A stretch of DNA of 14,508 bases from Calditrichia bacterium (GTDB lineage Bacteria > Calditrichota > Calditrichia > RBG-13-44-9), in NCBI GenBank assembly GCA_037381445.1, contig JARRQT010000127.1, forward strand, positions 1 through 14,508. The letters run 5' to 3'. The stretch's first letter is position 1, and every line of letters begins with the position of its first letter. The position numbers and the translations under genes are program-made. The notes beneath the pieces were generated by a model that worked only from the letters and a program-made list of their open reading frames with translations, was not told the DNA's origin and did not search any database. This document shows, piece by piece, positions 8,435-14,508 of this stretch.

Positions 8435-9661
8435 ATGCTGAAGCGAATCTATCTGACATACAAAACCGCTTATGCCGGACTTCCCACAGAGGCCTGGATG
8501 CTGTCCCTGGTGGTGCTGATCAATCGCAGCGGTTCCATGGTATTGTTCTTCATGTCTTTGTATTTGACCAGGGAGCTGGGCTACAGTATTGCCGCGGCAG
8601 GGCGCATGCTGAGCATCTACGGGCTTGGGTCCTTGGGCGGGTCCTATCTGGGGGGCTGGCTCAGCGATCTTGTCGGGACCCGAAAAGTTCAAATCCTGAG
8701 CCTGACTTTCACTGGCCTGGGATTTGTCTTGCTCAGTTTTGTGAGGAGTCCATTTTATATTGGTATAATGCTCTTTATTCTGGCGCTTATCGGAGAGGCG
8801 TTCCGTCCCGCGAATGCTTCGGCGATTGCCGAAGTTTGTCCGCCCATACTGCGGGCGCGCTGCTTTGCGCTGAACCGGCTGGCGATCAATCTGGGCGTCA
8901 CAATCGGTCCGGCGCTGGGCGGGATGCTGGCCGTTCTGGATTATCATTACATTTTCTGGGCGGATGGATTGACTTGCTTTATGGCGGCTTTCATGCTCTG
9001 GTTCTTCTTCAGGGGTGTCCTGCCGCTGGAATCCGGGCTGCGGAAAGGGGAACAGATCATTGCCCGCTCACCCCTGAAAGACGGCCTGCTTCTTGCCATA
9101 CTGGGCATGGTACTGGCGGTGGGGATTGTCTTCGTACAGGTATTCAATACCTGGCCCATCTACCTGCGGGAGGCGTATGGGCTGCTGGAAAATCACATCG
9201 GGCTTTTGCTGGCATTGAATGCCGTTCTGATTGTGATGTTTGAAATGCCCCTCATCCACAGGATTGAAAAACGTGATACGGTGAAAATTATGGGGATCGG
9301 AATTTTGTTCCTGTGCGGCGGATTCGCCATTTTGCCCCTGGGAGGCAGTCCTGCTTATGCTGCGCTTACCGTTTTCATCTGGACCATTGGCGAAATGCTG
9401 GTTTTCCCGTTCCTCACCGGATTTATTGCTAACCGCGCTGAGGACCGGAACCGGGGCAAATATATGGGGATGATGAGTCTTTCATTTTCACTGTCGTTTG
9501 TTTTCGGGCCTGCGCTGGGCACCTGGATCTATGATCACTGGGGCGCCACCGTCCTGTGGCTGAATTTCGGGGTCTGGGGGATTCTGATTTTTCTGGGATT
9601 CGGGGTAATTAATCATTACCTGAAAATGGAACTGCAATCGAAAAAAGTGCCCGCCGCATAA
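8435..9661 (+). CDS. MFS transporter (12-TM, drug:H+ antiporter-like)
   Basis: Probable start ATG 8435 (MLKRIY). Motif A (GGWLSDLVGTRK), EAFRPA, NLGVTIGPALGG, TIGEML, NRGKYMG. About 408 aa. Confidence 0.93.
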   Translation: MLKRIYLTYKTAYAGLPTEAWMLSLVVLINRSGSMVLFFMSLYLTRELGYSIAAAGRMLSIYGLGSLGGSYLGGWLSDLVGTRKVQILSLTFTGLGFVLLSFVRSPFYIGIMLFILALIGEAFRPANASAIAEVCPPILRARCFALNRLAINLGVTIGPALGGMLAVLDYHYIFWADGLTCFMAAFMLWFFFRGVLPLESGLRKGEQIIARSPLKDGLLLAILGMVLAVGIVFVQVFNTWPIYLREAYGLLENHIGLLLALNAVLIVMFEMPLIHRIEKRDTVKIMGIGILFLCGGFAILPLGGSPAYAALTVFIWTIGEMLVFPFLTGFIANRAEDRNRGKYMGMMSLSFSLSFVFGPALGTWIYDHWGATVLWLNFGVWGILIFLGFGVINHYLKMELQSKKVPAA

Positions 9662-10029
9662 TCAATCGTTCTTGCGCTGTCCCTTGCCAGTCTCCATAAA
9701 AATTTGTGCAGAATCTGTTTTCCCGCATTACGTAAACTGCCCCACACGTCAGATCTGGAATGCATTTCAGGAAAGGACAAATAGTATCCGCCGGAAGGCG
9801 ACGTTTTTGCTGACGATGACCTTTTCCGTATCGGGATGAAATCCGCCTAATATGCTCGATTTAGGTTGTCTGCTATTATATTGAAGCGAAAAGCGGGCCT
9901 CCCCGGCATAAAAATGAATATCCGCAAAACTTAATAAATATCACCAATAAAATTTAGATATGGATAATATTGTATAAAGTATCTATCTTTGAAGGGCATC
10001 AGGTTTGGTTTTATAAGCAGGAGATGATG

Positions 10030-10842
10030 ATGGGGAATGATTTATCCCGGGAACACAGCGAAGCTATCCATGCGGAAGAGAAAGTAAAAAAAGTAAAAAT
10101 AGATGTCTATGCAAAGACCTCATCCCTGACCGGTTTTGCCGGTCTCTTTGAATCCGCCATCCGGCGCTTTCGCACCTTTGCCTTTATCTTTGTACTGATT
10201 CCCATATATTTTTTGGCCTGCCTGTGCGTTGGTATCTCGCTGATTCCGGCTTTTTACCTGAACATATATATCTACAAAAGCACCCTGCTGTGGCCCGCGG
10301 CATTTCATTTTGCCGGGATCGGATTTGGTTTGATGGCGGGGTATCTGCTTTATGGCTTTGCGCTCATATTTGTGGTACCGTTTTTTAACTACATTCTTCC
10401 CTTTAAAGTCAAGCCCATGCGGGGAAGCTATTTTTCCCTTGAAGCAATCCCCTGGTTTGTGCACAACGCCCTCACATATCTGGTGCGCTATACTTTTCTG
10501 GAATTCATCACACCCACGCCGTTCAATATTCTCTTCTACCGGATGATGGGCATGAAGATCGGAAAAAATGTTTTCCTCAATACCACCCGCATTTCGGACC
10601 CCTGCCTGATCACCATTGAAGATAACGTCACCGTAGGGGGATCGGCAACACTTATTGCCCACTCCGCATCCGCCGGTTATCTGATTGTTGCACCAGTGCA
10701 CATCCGGAAAGGTGCGACCATCGGCTTAAGCGCCATTGTGATGGGGGATGTGGTGATCGGTGAAAATGCTAAAATTCAGCCGGGTGTGGTTGTTCTGCCC
10801 AAGTCGCGGATTCCTGCCTCAGAGAAGAATAAGGGGAAATAG
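10030..10842 (+). CDS. Membrane-anchored hexapeptide-repeat (left-handed beta-helix) acyltransferase-like protein
   Basis: CAGGAG RBS before ATG-ATG-ATG (10024/10027/10030). Two long TM segments, then FYRMMGMKIGKNV, ITIEDNVTVG, PVHIRKGATIG, VVIGENAKI repeats. Confidence 0.82.
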   Translation: MGNDLSREHSEAIHAEEKVKKVKIDVYAKTSSLTGFAGLFESAIRRFRTFAFIFVLIPIYFLACLCVGISLIPAFYLNIYIYKSTLLWPAAFHFAGIGFGLMAGYLLYGFALIFVVPFFNYILPFKVKPMRGSYFSLEAIPWFVHNALTYLVRYTFLEFITPTPFNILFYRMMGMKIGKNVFLNTTRISDPCLITIEDNVTVGGSATLIAHSASAGYLIVAPVHIRKGATIGLSAIVMGDVVIGENAKIQPGVVVLPKSRIPASEKNKGK

Positions 10843-12848
10843 AAGCTCTCCGGCCTAAAACGAAATCCTCCCGCTATATTTTTAAATCGAAATTCATTTT
10901 GCAGATGCCGCGCGAAAAAAATGATAAATCCGGTATAGGGCGCCACCCCCAGCTTCTCGTAGCGCTCCAGGACCTCTTTGTGCAGGTCATAGTCAATTTT
11001 GATGGCGTAGGTTTCCACCAGCTTTTTCGCTGCAGTGTAATCTCCCTCGGACTTAATTCGCTGAATTTCCCGCAGCATCTTTCCGAATATGTGCCGCAGC
11101 TTCTGATAATCATTCACCCGGAAATAGGTTTTCCCGTCTTTTTCAATCTTCTCAACCACATTTTCGGATTTGCCGAGCTCGAATGCCCATTTGGCGATCA
11201 ACTGCCGGTTTCTCATGTGTGTCTGCTCCAGCTTGTCACCCAGTTTCACGCGGGTCAACTGCTGGATCATGCCATTGCGGAAAGCCAGGTTATAGGCGAC
11301 TTTTCCGACATCCAGCGTGGGCATTACGCCGATTTCCAATAGTTTGGCGTCCATGAGATAATAATAGGCCACCAGGTCTGCGCGGGTCTCTTCCAGCACG
11401 GCGGCAAAATTCTTCAGGGTTTCTTTGGGTGTTCCCACCCCGGGATTAATCTGTCCCGATCCATGGCCGATAACCTCATGCAGGTCAGTATGCAGATTTC
11501 CGGACAGTTCGCCGTACTTTTTATCAAGTTCTATTTCTTCTGGTGAAAAGGCAAACTCCTCCAGCAAGCCGGCGCCTTCGGCCACTTTATTATAGGCGGA
11601 TGAAACATTGCCCAGCGTCACCGATTTCGAGCCGTGCACTTTGCGAATCCAGTTTGCATTGGGCAGATTGATCCCGATGGGAGGATTGGGTGAAGCGTCT
11701 CCGCCCAGCGCCACCACCGTAATGACTTTGGCGGTAATACCTTTTACCTCTTTTTTCTTGTGCTCTTCCGCGATGGGAGAATGCTTTTCAAACCAGTTGG
11801 CATAACTGCTGATGGTCTCAGTCCTTTTGGTGGCCTCCATATCTTTGAAGGAAACCACGGACTCATAGCTGGCGCGAAATCCCAGTGCATCGCCGTAGGT
11901 TTCGATAAAGCCGTTCGTTGCATCGATGCGGGAATCGGTGTCTTCAGTCCATGCGATACTGTATTCATCGAAGGTTCTCAGATCGCCGGTTTTGTAATAC
12001 CTGACCAGCAGGTCGAGGACATGCTTCTGGATATCATTTTCGGCCACGGCGCTTGCCTTTTCCAGCCAGTAAACAATCCGTTCAATCGCCGCTGAATACA
12101 TGCCGCCTACCTTCCAGATTCTCTCGATAATCTTTCCGTTATTTTTCACAAGTTTGGAATTCAGGCCATAGGAAACGGGATTGGGATCATCCCGGTCGAT
12201 AATACCGGTATAGTAGTTCTCAACTTCCTTTTGCGTCAGTCCCTCATAATAATTATTGGCCGACGCCTGAATCAGATCGGCGGCACCATCGGTCACGATT
12301 CGTTTGGGGGCAACCTTCGGATCAAATAGAATGGGCCGCATTCTCGCGATGAAGGCCTCCACCGGCTCGTCCTTTTGCAGCGGAAATGCAGCATCGGGAG
12401 AGTTTTTCACCAGCGCGGAAAAGTATTCCGGTGTAAATTCCGGCATAATCTTATCGGCGGCATAATGATGGTGAATTCCGTTGGAGAACCACACCCTTTT
12501 GGTATAAACCATGAATTTTTTGAACTCATCGCTCTGGCGGTCACCGGTATAATTCCTGACAATGCCTTCCAGTGTGCGCCGCACCTCCAGGTTGTGTCTG
12601 TAATTTTGATCCCACAAAATGTCCCTGCCCGAAATTGCCGCCTGATACAGATAATACAGCATCTTTTTTTGCTGCAGCGAAAGTTCTTCAAATCCGGGAA
12701 TCTGATAGCGGCCGATTTTGATATCGGCAAACTGTTCAACAAAATACTGAAAATCATCATTTCTGTTCATTTCCGGTTTGTCTCCTCCTGTTCCTTTTAA
12801 AACCAGTACCGCAATTACCATAACCAGCATAAGTCCCAATTTGTTCAT
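10776..12848 (-). CDS. Dipeptidyl-peptidase III (peptidase M49) with an aberrant C-terminus (possible pseudogene)
   Basis: HEVIGH zinc motif, EETRAD, PIGINLPN, HGSKSVTLGN, HMRNRQLI, and an N-terminal hydrophobic signal or anchor. Homology stops at APYTGFI (about 10923). The ORF then reads through intergenic DNA and overlaps the convergent gene by 67 bp. Confidence 0.92.
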   Translation of the reverse strand: MNKLGLMLVMVIAVLVLKGTGGDKPEMNRNDDFQYFVEQFADIKIGRYQIPGFEELSLQQKKMLYYLYQAAISGRDILWDQNYRHNLEVRRTLEGIVRNYTGDRQSDEFKKFMVYTKRVWFSNGIHHHYAADKIMPEFTPEYFSALVKNSPDAAFPLQKDEPVEAFIARMRPILFDPKVAPKRIVTDGAADLIQASANNYYEGLTQKEVENYYTGIIDRDDPNPVSYGLNSKLVKNNGKIIERIWKVGGMYSAAIERIVYWLEKASAVAENDIQKHVLDLLVRYYKTGDLRTFDEYSIAWTEDTDSRIDATNGFIETYGDALGFRASYESVVSFKDMEATKRTETISSYANWFEKHSPIAEEHKKKEVKGITAKVITVVALGGDASPNPPIGINLPNANWIRKVHGSKSVTLGNVSSAYNKVAEGAGLLEEFAFSPEEIELDKKYGELSGNLHTDLHEVIGHGSGQINPGVGTPKETLKNFAAVLEETRADLVAYYYLMDAKLLEIGVMPTLDVGKVAYNLAFRNGMIQQLTRVKLGDKLEQTHMRNRQLIAKWAFELGKSENVVEKIEKDGKTYFRVNDYQKLRHIFGKMLREIQRIKSEGDYTAAKKLVETYAIKIDYDLHKEVLERYEKLGVAPYTGFIIFFARHLQNEFRFKNIAGGFRFRPESFYFPLFFSEAGIRDLGRTTTPG

Positions 12849-12935
12849 AACATGTTCCTTTGTTTCGTCGAAAGATCAGATGATTTAAGCTGCCGGAAGC
12901 CGAGCTCTCGCGGCAGGAGGCAAAGCGGATAACAA

Positions 12936-12961
12936 TACGGGAAAGGCATTGGAAAGTTGTG
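12936..12961 (-). promoter_or_regulatory. Putative ECF sigma promoter for the DPP III gene
   Basis: The minus strand reads CACAAC-N16-CGTA, downstream of the OMP terminator and about 90 nt before the ATG. Confidence 0.45.
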
Positions 12962-13021
12962 CGATTTTATTATTCCAGGCAGTTAAAATCATCGAAAAGC
13001 GCTGGAGACAAGTCGGAATCC

Positions 13022-13054
13022 AAAAGAAAACCGGGCAGTGTTAACAGCCCGGTT
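13022..13054 (-). terminator. Rho-independent terminator of the OMP gene
   Basis: The minus strand reads AACCGGGC-N10-GCCCGGTT followed by TTCTTTT. Confidence 0.82.
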
Positions 13055-13123
13055 GCAAAGTGAAAATTATATCTGGAAAAGAGGCGGTTTTATTTTCTCG
13101 CAAATATCAGATTTGCCGCTTCG

Positions 13124-14503
13124 TCAGAACCTGTAGGCAAAGGTAAACAGCAGTTTCTGATAGGTAATATCCTCTTGTGTACCGGCCGGTGCCAGATCGT
13201 CAAAAGTGGTTTCCTTCCACCAGCCGCGCATGTAGGCAAAATCGATTTTGAATATGCGGTCGATCAGCACGCCGTATCCCGCGGTGAAATATTTACGGTT
13301 TTCGTTGGAGGGAGCATCCTTTAAAGGATTGGGATCATAAATAAATCCAGCTCTCAACTGCGAATTATAGAAGGGAAGACCGGTTTCTCCGCCCACGCTG
13401 AGTTTGACGGTTTCCCGGTAGTCGGTTTTAAAATATATGTTTTCATCCAGCAAGGAAGATATATCGGCAGTCAAATCGGTATTTGACGGCTGTTTAAATT
13501 TTACCTGCGTCCAGTCTGTATATTTTGCCTCGCCTGCCAGAAGAACCGGCCCAAAGGCAGCGGAGACTCCACCGGTAAAACGGAATGGGATTTTTACATT
13601 GTATTCGAAAGTCCCATTCTCCGTGGGAAGGTCGATTATCTCCCCGTCATCAAATGCCACTGAGCTTTCCGAGAGATAGTCCTCCTTCACGTTGAAGGTT
13701 TGGGGTAATTCCATGCCCAGGGTAAATCGCGCCGAGCGGCCGGCGTGAAAAAGCCCGCCCACCTTCATGCTGAAGGATGAATATTTTGTCATAATCCTAT
13801 TGTTTTCAAGATAATCATTGAAATTTGCAGGGAATACGGTGAAATTATTGAAAATATCGTACTGCGCGAAATTCAGCGAGTAATCGCTGTTGCCGGTCCA
13901 GTAATTCAAGCTCACTCCCACGGAAACGTTGGGCGAGACATCGATGGCGCCGGCAGCGGAGTATTGATTGATATTCCCGCCATCCAGAACTTCTTCCTGT
14001 TTCTCAACCGGCTTTCCATAAAAATCATAAAGGGTGCCGGTGGTATCCAGTTCAAAAGACAACCGGCTTGTGCCAAGAGATGAAATCCCCTTGAAATTAT
14101 TTGCATATTCAAATCCCTTGATCCGCTGATAACCGAGGGCGAAAACAAGGCTTCCCCGGTAGGTGGGAACCGGAAATACAAACCCGATTGAACTGATTTT
14201 TGTGGTGCTGTTGGAAGCAGTAGAGGAATTTCCCAGATAGTTGATGTCATTATTAAATTTATCGTGCTTGACTCCCAGCCAGTATTCCATCTTCCGCATC
14301 TGGGCCAGGCCGGCCGGATTCCAGTAAACCGCCGAGTAATCATCCGCCACGGCGGAATAAGCGCCGCCCATTCCAAGCGCTCGGGCACCGAAGCCGGTCT
14401 GGTTGTCCGTAATTCGAATGGCGTCGCCCGTGGATTGGGCTTGAATGGCAAGCGGGAAAACCATTGCAGCTGTCACCGCAAACAAGAAAAAATTATGCCG
14501 CAT
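13124..14503 (-). CDS. OmpP1/FadL/TodX-like outer-membrane beta-barrel protein
   Basis: Sec signal ending IQA-Q, then GARALGMGGAYSAVADDYSAVYWNPAGLA (the family N-terminal motif), amphipathic beta-strands, and a C-terminal FAYRF BAM signal. Confidence 0.9.
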   Translation of the reverse strand: MRHNFFLFAVTAAMVFPLAIQAQSTGDAIRITDNQTGFGARALGMGGAYSAVADDYSAVYWNPAGLAQMRKMEYWLGVKHDKFNNDINYLGNSSTASNSTTKISSIGFVFPVPTYRGSLVFALGYQRIKGFEYANNFKGISSLGTSRLSFELDTTGTLYDFYGKPVEKQEEVLDGGNINQYSAAGAIDVSPNVSVGVSLNYWTGNSDYSLNFAQYDIFNNFTVFPANFNDYLENNRIMTKYSSFSMKVGGLFHAGRSARFTLGMELPQTFNVKEDYLSESSVAFDDGEIIDLPTENGTFEYNVKIPFRFTGGVSAAFGPVLLAGEAKYTDWTQVKFKQPSNTDLTADISSLLDENIYFKTDYRETVKLSVGGETGLPFYNSQLRAGFIYDPNPLKDAPSNENRKYFTAGYGVLIDRIFKIDFAYMRGWWKETTFDDLAPAGTQEDITYQKLLFTFAYRF

Positions 14504-14508
14504 GTTCA

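Noticed and set aside
9662..10020. Intergenic gap as a location for the missing gene segments (scrambled genes) or an sRNA
   Set aside because: Reading both strands by eye, I found no match to the missing suhB, tldE or DPP III segments and no strong structure.
10843..10876. GCTCTCCGGCCTAAA resembles part of a c-di-GMP-I riboswitch
   Set aside because: There is no upstream GGCAAA/GNRA P2 stem, the TAGCGGG-like element is on the opposite strand, and the site lies between convergent 3' ends.
20..14451. Numerous antisense and alternative-frame ORFs in the ORF track
   Set aside because: They are shadows of well-supported genes, with no independent motifs or RBS.

Overview
Bacterial chromosomal window of roughly 50% GC from a diderm. 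The gene styles (Tat-TldD, M49 peptidase, FadL-like barrel) suggest an FCB-group or Calditrichota-like organism, which is inference only. The minus-strand block at left is PMM/PGM, then inositol monophosphatase (suhB, disrupted), then the first 20 codons of a probable PRPP synthetase. The plus-strand block is Tat-signal TldD, TldE/PmbA (disrupted), a 14-TM spermidine-synthase-like SAM-domain protein, an MFS transporter and a membrane LbH acyltransferase. The minus-strand block at right is a FadL/OmpP1-like outer-membrane protein and dipeptidyl-peptidase III, whose native C-terminus is lost. No mobile element, CRISPR array or tRNA/rRNA is visible. Main oddities: (1) three clean deletion-type lesions in otherwise intact genes, which could be real microhomology-mediated decay or an assembly artefact; (2) matching ECF-type promoters in front of the two exported metallopeptidase units; (3) a Tat-exported TldD paired with a signal-less TldE; (4) a probably extracytoplasmic SAM-binding domain lacking aminopropyltransferase catalytic residues, preceded by a structured leader. 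I cannot demonstrate a new system from sequence alone; these are testable leads.
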